Of a stretch of DNA of 64,000 bases, positions 16,747 through 31,000 are shown one piece after another (position 1 is the first letter of the stretch; each line of letters opens with the position of its first letter). Source of the DNA: Eledone cirrhosa. Taxonomy: Eukaryota. Position numbers and translations under genes: made by a program. The stretch spans positions 27,032,001-27,096,000 of the forward strand of contig OZ024756.1 in NCBI GenBank assembly GCA_964016885.1, given 5' to 3'. The notes under the pieces are model-generated. The model saw nothing but the letters and a program-made list of their open reading frames with translations. It was not told where the DNA came from and made no database searches.

Positions 16747-17088
16747 ATGGAGGCACATGGCTTAGTGGTTAGAGCATTGGCCTTGCAATCGAAAGGTTGT
16801 GAGTTCAATTCTCAGACTGGGTGATGTGTTGTTTCCTTGAGCAAGACACTTTATTTCACATTGCTCCAGTTTACTCAGCTGTAGAAATGAGATGATAGGG
16901 ACTGGTGTCCCTATCATTCCACTGCAAAGTGGTCGTGGAGGTGCCACAGCAAAAAAGTACCCAGCACTCACTGTAAATGAGGTTGGTGTTAGGAAGGGCA
17001 TCCAGCTGTAGAAATCAAGCCAGAATCAGTTCCCGTCCCACCCTTGCAAGCAGGGAAAAGCGGACGTAAAATGAAATGATGATGAAAA

Positions 17089-17090
<2 letters not shown>
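16747..17090 (+). mobile_element. SINE family A copy (full length)
   Basis: Pol III A box TGGCTTAGTGG, B box GAGTTCAATTC, (TGA)n tail. Confidence 0.88.
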
Positions 17091-17150
<60 letters not shown>

Positions 17151-17153
<3 letters not shown>

Positions 17154-17370
17154 GGCTGAGTGTTTAGAGAATTGGATTCACAATCGTGAGGTTGTGAGTT
17201 CGATTCCCGGACCGGGCGATGCATTATGTCCTTGGGCAAGACACTTTATTTCATGTTGCTCCTGCTACCTAGAGTTGCGACCGGTAGATAGTATTAGCAA
17301 TTGGAAAGACCAATGGAAACATTGTTTCCTCGGTCTGATTTGATAAAAGTCGAGCGACTGTCGATATATA
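17151..17370 (+). mobile_element. SINE family C (tRNA-like head); also 55755-55975 (-) and partial 40015-40135
   Basis: Head GTGGCTGAGTG..GAGTTCGATTCCC; shared 3' GAGTTGCGACC...GAAACATTGTTTCCTCGGTC. Confidence 0.7.
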
Positions 17371-19544
17371 CACTCACATATATTATAACGCAAACTTATG
17401 TATATATATATATATTATAATTCCATATCTTGGTTTTGTAATCAAAATGGAGTTGAAAACTAAGCCCTTTTGGTGATGGTGAAGAAGTTGTGATGTGTGC
17501 CTTTTTGTGTTAGACATAAGTAAAAGTAAAATGGAAGAAGGATACTGCCAGAAAATAATTGTTTCTACTTTTGGCACAAGGCCATCAATTACCCAGTGCA
17601 TTACTGGTACTTTATTTTATCGACCCCGTAAGGATGAGAGGCAAAGTTAACCTTGGTGGGATTTGAACTCAGACCGCAAAGGGACGTAACTATGCTGGAA
17701 AGCATGGCGTCCGACCCTCTACCGATACTGCCAAGCCACCACCCTGCCAGAAAATAATGTCATTTCATGAACTCACCTCACTGCAAGATGTCTTCTATGC
17801 TGTGGCATTCATTAGATATTTCATAATAATGACAATAATACTAACAACAACAACAATGATATTAAAATGACTATTTATTATCAGTATTATTATTATTATT
17901 ATTGGCAGTATCGGTAGCGGGTCGGACGCCATGCTTTGATGCATAGAGTTACGGCCCTTGCCATTCTGAGTTCAAATCCCGCCGAGGTTAACTTTGCCTT
18001 TCATCCTTACGGGGTCGATAAAATAAAGTACCAGTAATACACTGGGTAATTGCTGGCCTTGTGCCAAAAATAGAAACAATTATTATTATTATGAGCATAC
18101 CATGGGGCTTTTTGTGGGCTTTCTCCACAAGTGACCCTCAGAATTCTTCCTCCTTTTGGGGAAATTTGTTTTTAATTGAATTTTTTTTACATATTTCTTC
18201 GATTTCATTATAACTTTTTTAACATGCAAAAAAACCCCACACTGTATCATCCTTAATGTTTTCTTAATGTAAGCCCTGTGTGGCTAATAAAGAAACCATT
18301 ATTATTTTTTTTTTTTGATTCCTTTTGTTTTGTTTTTTTACATGCAGAAACCCATGTTTGTACTGTCCTTAATGTATTTTTTTGTAAGCCCTTTTGTGGT
18401 TAATAAAAAAAACATTATTATTATTATTATTAGGGCAGTGGTTTGGCAGTATCGGTAGAGCGTCGGACATCCTGCTTCACGGCAGAGAGTTACGGCCCTT
18501 TATGTTCTGAGTTCAAATCCCACCGAGGTTAGCTTTGCCTTTCATCCTTATGCGGTCGATAAAATAAAGTACCAGTAAGTACTAGGGTCGATTTAATCGA
18601 ATTCCCCCCCCCCCCCCCCTTGATTGCTGGCCTTGTGCCTATAGTAGAAATCATTATTATTATTATCATGCTTCGCAGCATAGAATTACGTCCCTTTACA
18701 GACTGAGTTCAAATCCCGCCGAGGTTAGCTTTGCCTTTCATCCTTACGTGGTTGATAAAATAAAGCACCAGTAATACACTGGGGTCGATTTAATTGACTT
18801 TCCCCTGTCCTAAATTGCTGGCCTTGTTCCTATATAAGAAACCCTTATTATCATTACCAATAAGTATGCAGACCTTGCTGGTGGTATTAGAACTGAGCAG
18901 CATGTAGAGACTTAAGTCAGGCCAATCGACATTGGAGTGCTAGAGAGCTAGAATGAATACTGTAAAGCATTCTACCAAACTCTAAAACTCTGCCAACTGG
19001 CTGCCTTGCCTATTAACAGAAATTCTATTTGTTTATAAAGGTTTTTATTATTTTGATTTAGCTATTTATCCCAGTAATTCTTCTGGAACTCAGTCTGTTG
19101 CTTTTAAGGTTCAAGGTGCAGTAGAGAGAGGGGGGAGGGAGGGAGAAGTGAAAATTGTTTTGTTGACCTTCATAAACTGCCAAGAATTTTCAGCTGTGTC
19201 ATATAGAGCTTGTATCACTCACATTTAAATTATAGTACACATACAAATCAGTCTAGATACATATGGACACACACATATATGTATATATATTATATATATA
19301 TATATATTATATATATATATATTTATATATATATATATGTACATACATACAAAACAAAACAAATTGAGCAACATATATACTAAAAAACACATGTATACAC
19401 AGATGTTTGCTTGAATTAATTGCATAACCGAGAAAATGTTGCTTAATTTGGCTGGCATTTTAAAAACTTCAGCTTGTAACATAGGACATAAAATAACACT
19501 TTCTGAAAAATTGATATTTGACTTTAGCAAGTCACATGGGAACA

Positions 19545-19995
19545 GCAAACCAATCCTGCAAGTGAATGAACCAATAAGGGACCCTCTACGTGGTTGTATG
19601 ACCTGCTAGAAATAACAGTCAAATCTCCCTCTCTCAAACCAATTTTGCAAGTAAATAAACCAACAACGGATCCTCTAGCTAGTTGTATGACCTGCTAGAG
19701 ATAACAGCCAAATCTCTCCTCTCCTCTCTCTCAAACCAATTCCGCAAGTGAATGAATCAACTACAGACCCTCTACGTGATTGTACGACCTGCTAGAAACA
19801 ACAGTCAAATCTCTCTCTCTCAAACCAATTTCGCAAAAGAATGAACCAACAAGGGACTCTCTATGTGGTTGTACGACCTGCTAGAAATAACAGTCAAATC
19901 TCCCTCTCAGTCAAACTAATTTAGTAAGTGAATGAATCAACATGAGACCCTCTACGTGGTTGTAAGACTTGCTAGAAGCAACAGTCAAATCCCTT
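19545..19995. repeat. ~87-bp tandem repeat, ~5 units
   Basis: GTGAATGAACCAAC...CCCTCTACGTGGTTGTA.GACCTGCTAGAAATAACAG.CAAATCTC. Confidence 0.85.
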
Positions 19996-21119
19996 TCTTT
20001 CAAATCACACCCTACTGCTTTAAAAGGTGAAGTAAACATTATATAATGTAGTCTCAGAGGCAGGATGTTTGAGATAAAAGCTGTCTTTCATCGTAGATCT
20101 GCTGAATAAAGGCTCAGGTCTAAACTCCTACCACTGCTGCTACTACTACCAGCACTACTATCACTCACCCACTATCACTACCACCATCAACACTGCTACC
20201 GTCATCACTAACCTCATTACTACCACTGCTACCACCACTACTGCGACCACTCCCTTAAATTTCATCTTAATTGATGAATATACTGGATAACCGGCTTTTG
20301 ATACTTTTTAGAATTATTTCATTGACTCGAAAAGGTTGACATGCAAAGTTGAGCTCGGCGGAATTTGAACTCATAACGCAGACAATCGGAACTAATACCG
20401 CAAGGTATTCTATCAGACGTTCTAACTCTTTATATATATATATATATATATATATTTATAAATCAAATTGGATGCAGTAAAAAGCTATTAGACCATTACT
20501 CACAGAGTACTCGATATTTGGGATAGTAGAGTGTGGTAATATGAAAGAGTCGGGACCCCCACGGCTGAGCTCTTGCCGTTTTCAACAGCTAGTTCCAAAC
20601 TATATATAATTAACGAATATAAATCACTTGGTAGTACATTTTTTTTTGTATCGCCACATAGAAGATAAAAAGAAAAGTCAACACCGAAGAGATTTAAACT
20701 GAGAATATAAAGGGAGATAACTACATATCGCTAGATAATTTCCGAATGTACATTTTTTCCTCTCCATTTATCTATAGCTTCAGAATAAGAGTTGTCGATC
20801 TTGCCACTGTACCAGATATAGCATCGCTTCTAGCAAACACTGTTGTTGCTTGTGATTATGTGTGCCTGTCTCCTCGCCCCCTTCTGGTTACTACTATTTA
20901 TATCTGCAGTCTTAGTGATTATAGATGCAGGTCTGTATATGAGTAACTCTGGAGGTAATACGCTGAATTAAATGCAAGAATTGCAGGGGCTGGTGCAATA
21001 TTGCCTCAGCCTCAGCATTCGATCATCAGAAGTAGGGGGCGAGGTTAGGTGCAAAGGCCAAACTCACTATCTTGAACTCGGTGTTCGTGCTTACCCTTAC
21101 TTGCCGTTATGAATATTGA

Positions 21120-21500
21120 AAGAATACGATTACGAATACACGCGGACAAAATGGGGTTCCTCCGCAGGTATTTAGGTATAACGCTACTCAATAGAGTGCG
21201 TAGCTCGGAGATCATGGGGACACACCAGGTGGAGCAATTAATTCTCTGAACTGAGAGAACACAGCTCTAATAATATAGGCATGTGGTCAGAATGTCTCGG
21301 GAAAGAATCGCTGGACAGATTTTATGGGCAAAACCAAGCGGTAGTAAGCTCAGGGGAAGATGTCGAGCAAGAAGGTTGGATAATATTCACGAGCTTGGCT
21401 GGTCTCGCTTGGAGATCCAGCTGGATCTTTTTGAGACGGTTGCTTCTGATAAGACTCACTGCAATGGCGTGTCTGCCCTCCACGATCCCCTAAACAAGAA
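21120..21500 (+). mobile_element. decayed RTE-type LINE 3' fragment
   Basis: GHVVRMSRER...KPSGSKLRGRCRARRLDNI, with frameshifts. Confidence 0.7.
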
Positions 21501-21999
21501 GAAAAAGAAGATTCTTTGGAAAATAATTATTTACAAAGATATGTGTAGGGTTAGAACCTAGAACCTCTTAATGGTATAAGAAATGCATTGTATATGTTTG
21601 TGTGTGTAAATTTTAAAGAGTTACACACACACACACATATATATATATACATAGTTACACACACACATATATATATATACATACATACACACACAAATAC
21701 ATGTGGTGCATTTTGGCTGATCCCCTCGAGGTTAACTTTGCCTTTCATCCTTACGGGGTCGATAAAATAAAGTACCAGTAATGTACTGTGTAATTGCTGG
21801 CCTTGTGCCCAAAGTAGAATTAATTATTATGGGTGATTATTCAGCTCACATGTTTATTCAGAATAAGAAAGGGGAGATCACTGTAATGACATTTTAACCA
21901 GGAGTCTGCGCAGAGTGTTTCAGCTGTTGTTGTACTTCCTGCTGTAAGTTCGACTGAAGTTTTGCTGGACATTTGTTTAGCGAGAAAACACGAAGAATA

Positions 22000-22089
22000 A
22001 TGTCTTCTTTCTTCATACGGAATGATAAACCTTTAAAGAAACGAAAATTCCAAGACACAAAACGTCGTAAAGACAGTAAACAAACGCAA
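22000..22089 (+). CDS. RRP9: RRP9 exon 1
   Basis: ATG MSSFFIRNDKPLKKRK...TQ then gtatgt donor. Confidence 0.88.
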
Positions 22090-25000
22090 GTATGTTGATA
22101 TTCTTTAAAACTTTTACTTAAAGATGTTTATTTCAAAATGATCATCTTTAAATCCACGTGTTGTTGACTTCCTGTATAAACTGAACATGTACATATGTAA
22201 TCTCACGTTTTCCTGTCGACTTAAATTCCAGTTAATTCGTCGTTTCTTCTTCTTCCTTGTAACTTTTTCTCTTCCTACACTTATCGTCAGCTATCGATAG
22301 TTTTATCTCTATATTTGTTGGAAATCCAATAAAGGCTTTGTCTAATTCCTGCCGAACTAGATCAAGCAGACTTACGATCAAATGCTATGAACATCCCATC
22401 TTTTCGGCATAGTATACCCCGGTAAAGGCGGGGAAATTGCAGAGTCGTTAGAACAACAGATAGAATGCTTTATGGTATTCGTTCCGGCTCGCTGCTCTCA
22501 GAGTTCAAATCCCGCCGAGGTCAACTTTATCTTTCATCCTTCCGAGGTCGATAAAAAAAGTACCAGTCTAGTACTATGGTCGATTCTTCCTCTATATCTC
22601 TTTCGCATTTCCTCTCTCTCACTTCATATCTTTCTCTGAAAGAAATCTGCTGTACTCAGGCCGGGAGAGGGATGGGCTCCGCTAGGTTTAAAATACCCAC
22701 AGGAACTCCGTATGTCAATATGGCGCCCCTACGACTCTATCAGGACCATACATACATACCCCAGAAAATATTATCCAAATGTGCCCTTTTATAATTGTTT
22801 CTACTTTTGGCACAAGGCCAGCAATTACCCAGTGCATTACTGGTACTTTATTTTATCGACCCCGTAATGTGCCCTTTTATAATGCGTTAGAGTGTAGTTT
22901 GAATGTGTTATGGGCTATTTCTAGCTGTCTCGAGCGACCACGTTGAAGGATCTTCTGTGGGTCAGGCAGGCAATTATAATTTCTTAATAAATAAACATAA
23001 ATAAACATTTTTGTTAAAACAGACCCATATATATGACTGGTACATATTTTCTAAAGTTCTTCGCAACTGTAGTATTTTCTTAATAATTCACCATGTTACT
23101 CTCTATCAGTAATAATCATCATCATCATTACCATTTAACGTCCATTTTTCCACGCCAGCATGGGTTAGACGAGTTAGCCTGTTGTGCGCAATGCTTAGGT
23201 CAAGTGACGATGTCTTGCTCATACAGAACTGATTTTAGATTGGTTTCTACAGCTAGGATGCCCTTCCTAGCGCCAACCTCATTTACAGTGAGTACCGGGT
23301 GCTTGTTGTGACACATATACGACTACTTTACAGTATGAGCTGGGAGCTTTTTGTCGTGTTGCCATCACAACCGCTTCACTGAATTTATACTTCAGCCTGG
23401 GAGTGGGTGGGACGGTGCATACTGTATATATGCCTCAGCTTCTGCCTGTGCCTGTGGGAAGTCAGGTCTTCTGTATTATTACGTAACGCCAGGCAGAGAT
23501 CTGAGTCCTGTGTCATCGCCTTTCAGAAGTACAATTGGGTAAGGTCAGCTTTTATCACCTCATCCCAAGTCTTCCTGGGTCTCCCCAGTCCACGACTTCG
23601 ATTGACTTTGAACGGTCTGCATCTTTTTATACAGCTGCCATCCTTCATATGCATCACATGTCCATACCAATGCAGTCTCTTCTGATTAAGAATATTGAAT
23701 TACCAAACTAATATTTTATGTATAAATATACATTCATATAGTTTATGTATAAATATATATTTATATATTTTATGTATAAATATATGTTTTATGTATGAAT
23801 ATATATTTGGAAGTGGCTCTGTAGCCGGTAAGAGTGTCAGACACCATGAGTTGCAGCCTGAATTAAGACAATTGTTATGACAATTGTAAAGATAATTTGA
23901 GATCTTTTCCGCCATCAATTGTTAAAAAACAAGTTAAAATCATTTAGTCGTCCATTCGTAACGTAGGTTATGCCTTGGTTACACATACACACACACATCT
24001 ACACATAAATACATAAACAACAAATACAGACAACAGAAGGAAGGAGCTGATGAAATGGTATAGTCATGTGTGTTGCGTCCCTTTAGGTTTTACCAGCTAC
24101 AGAGCCTATTCATATATATTTCTATGTGTATTATTTCAGGAGGTGACAGGAAAGGACAATAAACAGGAGGAAGAAATTGAATCAGACAGGTGAGAGATGT
24201 TTCCTAAATCTACCTAAAACTGGTTTTCTGACTTACGAGACTACATTTTGGAAGATCCCAAATGAGAGTAAAACATCCAGAGTTATCTCCGCTATTGATA
24301 AAAAGTTTTTTTTTTATTTTACATTGGATGGAGCCATGACCACCACCATCATCATCATCATCATCATCACCGTTTTATGTCTATTGTCTATGCTTGCATG
24401 GCTTGGTTGGGTTGTTACATTCAGAGACTAGACAGGACAGATGACTGTGTCTAGCTTATAAATTTCATTCTGGTATGGTTTCTACTGCTGGATGTCCTTC
24501 CTAACGCCAACCACTTCATGGCATGTGTTGGGTGTGTTTTATTGTGGCTCTGTCACTACCACCTGACGTGTGATTAAACATTCAGATGTACTGTATATAC
24601 TGGAATATAAGCTGACCTATTTTATATCTGAGAAACGGGCAAAAATTCAAACCCATGTGTATAAGCCAAGGTTGCTTATCAACACATGCTTAGATGGTGG
24701 GATTTTGAAATTCTCATGAGTAGAGAATATATTTGTGAAGTTTTCCTGGCACTTCTTCACTCAGCGATCATTGTCCGTGTGCATCACATGTACGTACCAA
24801 CGCAATCTTCTCTTTTGTACATTACTTCTGATTCATCTTAAACCCAGTTTCTCCCTCAGTTCAATATAAATATATATTATATATATATATAATATACAGA
24901 TAAAATTCCGTTATAATGAATACCATTATAATGAATTTTTCAGTATAACAAATTTTTTTTCAATCCCAAGGTAATAACAAACAAACACTTGATTTGTTTC

Positions 25001-28000
25001 GATCGATCTCGTTATAAAGAATTTTTCGTTATAACAAATTTTGTTATAACAGAATTTCACTGTGTGTATATATATATATATATATAATATATAAGAACAA
25101 AAGATGGTTAAAAGAGTTCCATGTATTTTATTATGCGCATTTCAAAAACAAATATCATCATGCAATAATATTTGTGTTTTCATCAGATAAAGCAGGAAGA
25201 CATGATATGAAGGTTAAAAAACACTTGTGGATAGTGCAGTTTTAAATCAACATATGAAAAGTAGTTTTAGATTGATGTGTGATATTGGTAAAAAATATTT
25301 TATATATTATTTTCCATCGCACATATTATTAAACCCTTAAATACTATTCCCAATACATATTAACTCCCTCCTTCCATCGCACATACTATCAAACCCCCAA
25401 ATACTACTCCTAATACATATTAACATTTTCCCCCCATCGCACATATTATCAAACCCTTCAACATACAAACCCCATATATTATATATACTCCAGTCCTACA
25501 AACTGTAGAGTGCTTCTTATCCGATATCTGCATTGCTTTATTGTACTACAATAAAACTCACCTCCTACATTATATATATATATATATATATGTGTGTGTA
25601 TACACTTATATTTATTGTTATTTTTTTCTTGTTTCTCTTCTTTCTAGCGATGTTGAATATGAAAAGTTGCCGTCTGATGATGCCTCTTCAGATGAGGAAA
25701 CAGCCCAGGAGAAAAAGATCCGCTTAGCTAAAAAATATTTGGCTGAACTGAAAAGTGGAGGTGTTGGTGATGATGAGGATGCGAGCGATGGTAAATTCAT
25801 ATACTCATTTACTGGTTCCAGCCGTTGGGACTGTGGTTATAACAGTAGTACAAAATGCATGCAAATATTTCTGATTATATAAAAGAACAGTACTGTGTGT
25901 ATCTGCTTTACAATAGATGCATTGTATCTCTGCATGTTATAAGAGGTGGCTAAAAGAGTTGACACCAGGAAGGGCATCTGGCTGTGAAACATTGCCTCAA
26001 TAAGGACCTTCTAGATTGATGTGCATAAAACCTGTCATGGTGCCAGCAAGGCTAACCCCTGATTTAACAGGGAAAATGGCATTAGCATGCATCTGTGTGA
26101 TTGTTGTATTATATGGAAGGACTAAGGATAAAATATAATGCTTGTGTGTGAATGTATTATATGAAGGGACTAAGGTTTGAATATAATGTTTGTGTGTGAT
26201 TGTATTATATAAAAGGACTAGGGTTAGAATGTACATTAAATGATGCCCTGTGTATAATATATCTTTGCACTTTTCTTGGTTTTCTAGATGACAAAAGAGA
26301 CGCTATTGGTGACCGCTTGAAACATGATTTTGTAAGTAAAATAACTTTTTTTGCTATGATAAAATATACCCAGTTCACTCTGTAAAGTGGTAGTGCTGGT
26401 GTCATGATAAGATACACCCCTCCCACTCTGTAAAGTGGTAGTGCTGGTGTCATGATAAGATACACCCCTCCCACTCTGTAAAGTGGTAGTGCTGGTGTCA
26501 TGATAAAATACACCCCTCCCACTCTGTAAAGTGGTAGTGCTGGTGTCATAATAAAATACACCCAGTACACTCTGTAAAGTGGTAGTGCTGGTGTCATGAT
26601 AAAATACACCCAGTGCACTCTGTATAGTGGTAGTACTGGTGTCATGATAAAATACTCCCAGTACACTCTGTTTCCAAATAATCCGGCTGAATACCCAAGT
26701 GTGATCAACCAAACTCATGGATGTTATCCAACCAATCTTGCTCGAGATCTACCCCTGGGTCTCCTGCCAGTTGGTTTTGCTTGTAAAATCTGTCCAACGA
26801 TTCTTTCATAAGATGCCCGCAATATCAGAGCTGTGATTTATTTTGTTTTTATTTTTGTTTCTTTTAAGCCCTTGATTAAAGTTTTTAAAATTTATTTTTT
26901 ATTTCCAGTTAGAACAAAGTGGGAAACTGAACAAAGAAATTGCTGATACAGTATGTTGTGATGGTTTATTTTCTTTTATTGTATTTATTAATGTTGTTGC
27001 TTAGTCCCAGGTCAACTCTCAGCAGAAACCATTAATTTAATGCATCAGGTATACCCTACCTCTGTACAACATATCACTAGATATGCCATACCTCTGTATA
27101 ACACCACTAGATATCCCATAACTCTGTCTAATTCCAGATATATCATATCTCTGTCTAATACCAGATATACCATACCTCTGTTTAGCACCAGATATATCAT
27201 ACCTCTAACACACCACTAGATATCTCATGCCTCTCTCTAACACAACACTAGATATTATATACCTTGCTGACACAACACTAGATATACCATATCTGTCTCT
27301 AACACACCACTATGTACACCATAGCTCTCTCTAACACTAGATATACTATACCTCTCTCTCTAACACAAGATAGCCCATACTTCCCTCTAACACACCACTA
27401 TATTTATACCATACCTCACTCTAACACATCACTAGATATTCCATACCTCTCTCTAACAAGATATCCCACACTTACCTCTAACACACCACTATTTACACCA
27501 TAGCCTGTCTAACACAATACTAGATATCACATACCTCCCTCTAACACAAGATATCCTATAACTCCCTCTAACGCACCACTATTTATACCATAGTCCTATC
27601 TAACACATCACTAGATATACCATACCTCTCTATTTATACCTTAGCTCTCTCTGTTCAACACACAACTAGCAAAGAGAAAGAAAGATCCTAACTTAAAATA
27701 GTTCCAATTTCCATGGCATATTTTTAACCGTATTTTTGTTTGTTTCAGTACCTAACTCCAGAAAGTTCCGATGTCACACTCCTCAAAGGACACAAGTTAC
27801 CAATTACATGTATTGTAATCACTTCAGACAGTAAATTTATATTCAGTGCTTCAAAAGATTGTTCTATAATCAAGTGTAGGTTTTTAATTTTGTCTTTTTA
27901 ATTACAGCCTATCTTTGTTTTTGTGGTGTTGGTGGTGATGATGGGGTCTCAGTATTTGTGTCAGGGCTTGTATGTATTTGGGGGAGTTTCTATGTTATAT

Positions 28001-31000
28001 TACAGTTTGTCTTTTTGGATGGGTTCAGTATTTATGTCAGGGCTTGTCTTTATTTTGAGGAGTTTCTATGGAGTTATACTATAGTTTGTATTTTTTGAGG
28101 GGCTCAGTATTTGTGTCAGGGCTTTTGTGTATTTTGGGGAGTTTCTATGTTTTTATTACAGTTTGTCTTTTTTTAGGGGCTCAGTATTTGTGTCAGGGCT
28201 TGTGTGTATTTGGGGAAGTTTCTATTTAGATATATGTGGCTTTAGTACCATAACATTCCAGTATATCATTTATAAAAATTCCAGTATACCATTTATAAAA
28301 AATGTTTTTGTTTTTTCAGGGAGTGTAGCCAAATGTTGCAAAGTCTATAAAATTCCCCGAGTGGAGAAGGGGACCGAAGCCTTGAATAAGGGTCACACAA
28401 CACATGTGCTAGCACTAGCCATATCATCAGATGGAGAATTTCTGGTAAGTGAAATAGCTGCTGCATGGTTACTCAACCTGCTAGAAATAGCAGCTAAATC
28501 TCCCTCAAATTGTATAATTTTCATTTTTTTTTTACATGGAGGCACATAGCTTAGTGGTTAGAGCATTGGCCTTGCAATCGAAAGGTTGTGAGTTCAATTC
28601 TCAGACCGGGTGATGTGCTGTTTCCTTGAGCAAGACACTTTATTTCATATTGCTCCAGTTTACTCAGCTGTGGTCATGGAGGTGCCACGGCAAAAAAGCA
28701 CCCAGCACTCACGGTAAATGAGGTTGGTGTTAGGAAGGGCATCCAGCTGTAGAAATCAAGCCAGAATCAGTTCCCGTCCCACCCTTGCAAGCAGGGAAAA
28801 GCGGACGTAAAATGAAATGATGAATGATGATATCATCAGATGGTGAATTTCTGGTCAGTGAAATAGCAGCTGCATGGTTTATTTAACCTGTTAGAAATAG
28901 CTGCTAAATCTCCCTCAATTTTTTTTTTTTTTACATGTCATCAGATGGAGAATTTAGAGTAGTGCTCCCAGTACATACTGTAAACTGGTTAGTGTTAGGA
29001 AAAGCATTCAGCTGTAGAAACCATGCTTCCAGTACATGTTGTAAAGTAGGTTTAAACAACTACACATGTTGTAGAGTATAGATATAATAATCATCTGTTT
29101 ACGTCCACTTTTCCTTGCTTGCAAGGGTGGGACGAGTTCTCTTCAGCACAGTATCTCTCCAATTTTCATGGTCCTTCATCATCTCCTCTGTGAGCTTCAG
29201 TGATCTGAGGTCAGCCCTCACCACCTCTGCCCATGTTTTTTGTGGTCTTCCTTCCACTGGAATTACGTGGCACTTATATAAATGATATTGTTTTCTTGCA
29301 TACATGGGTGAGAGATGGCTTATATATTTGGCAGTATGAATTTTTATTTGTTGCATTTTCAAAATACTTTAGATTATTTTCTCTTAATATAAATTTCTAC
29401 TGACATTATTAGCTTTAGTTACATTGTGTTGTTATTGTTGTAGGTGTCTGGTGACAAGAGTAAATTAATACATATCTGGAATCCTACCAACTGTCAACAT
29501 ATACGTACATTTAAAGGACACCGCGATGCCATCACGGTAAGTATTCATGTTTCTTGTTTAAATATTGTTCATGTAAAAAAGTGGCTGCCATCATCATTGT
29601 TTAATCCTTTAGCATTCACATTACTCTATATATATACTATTAGATTTTCATGGTAAATGCTTTACCTCACATAATTATCTCACATAATATCGAATCTATG
29701 AGATTTTGAAAGTATTTATTTTGAGAACAATACCTTAACATAAGTTTGAGTGACCAGTTACAGCCAGTTTCGACAGAAAGAGGTAGAGAATTCTGGCCAG
29801 TTTGAACACTAAAGGGTTAACCTCCATTTTCCACACTAGAATGGGTTAGATAAGTTGTCCTGTTGTTAGACAAGTCAGATCAGGTGACCATGTCGTGTTC
29901 ATACAGAACTATTATTGGCTTGGTTTCTATGGCTGGATGCCCTTCCTAATGCCAACCATGTTTACAGTGTGAACTTGCTGCTTTTTGTCGTGGCACCAAA
30001 ATGACTAACTGATAGGTTGGACTGGGTTCTTTTACGTTGTGTCACAAATATGACCACCTTACAGTGTGAACTGGGTGTTTTTTATCACATCACCAACATG
30101 ACTACCTTATAGTGTGGACTGGGTGCATTTTGTCTTGTCACCAACACAACCACCTTACAGGGTTTTCTGGGTGTTTTTTGTCTTGCACCAACATGACCAC
30201 CTTACAGGGTTGGTTGGGTGCCTTTTGTTGTCACCAACACAACCTCCTTACAGGGTGGGCTGGGTACTTTTTGTCGTGTCACCAACACAACCACCTTACA
30301 GGGTGTGCTGGGTGCCTTTTGTCGTCTCACCAACACAACCACTATACAGGGCGTGTATTACATATATATGTATGTGGTATGTAAAAATATCATAATCATT
30401 CATTTTAGGTTATATACTCACTCTAAAGATAATGTAAATAGTTTAGAATATTATAATCTCATGATCATCCTTTTTTATGTCCACTTCTCCATGCTAGCAG
30501 GGGGACACAAGGCCAGCAATTTGTGGGGAAAGGGCAAGTTAATTAAATTGATCCCAGTGCATTACTGGAGCCTGATTTTATTGACCCTGTAAGAATTAAA
30601 GGCAAAGTTAACCTCGGCGAGATTAGTGTACCAACTCGACATTCAGAGGTACAGTGTGCCAATTTGAAACCACCCCTTGCACTCACAATAATCATCATCA
30701 TCATCATCACCGTTTTACGTCCGTTCTTCCACGCTAGCATGGGTTAGACGAGTTGTCCTGTTGTGGGCAGTGTCTGGTCGCCTGACCATGCCTTGCTCAT
30801 ACAGGAACTGATTTGGCTTGATTTCTACAGCTGGATGCCCTTTCCTAACACCAACCTCATTTACAGTGAGTGCTGGGTGCTTTTTCGTGGCGCCTACACG
30901 TCCACTTTACAGTGTGGGTTGGGTGCTTTTTTGCCATGGCACCTCCACGACCACCTTGCAGTGGGAGGGTGTGGGTGCATATTGTCTATATGCTTCAGCT

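Noticed and set aside
16750-16822. tRNA-Cys-like sequence (anticodon loop TTGCAAT)
   Set aside because: It is the head of multi-copy SINE A; the acceptor stem is incomplete and it continues into the SINE body.
20941-21075. Possible degenerate twister ribozyme upstream of an RTE fragment
   Set aside because: The conserved CCGGUCCCAAGCCCGG-type core could not be identified.
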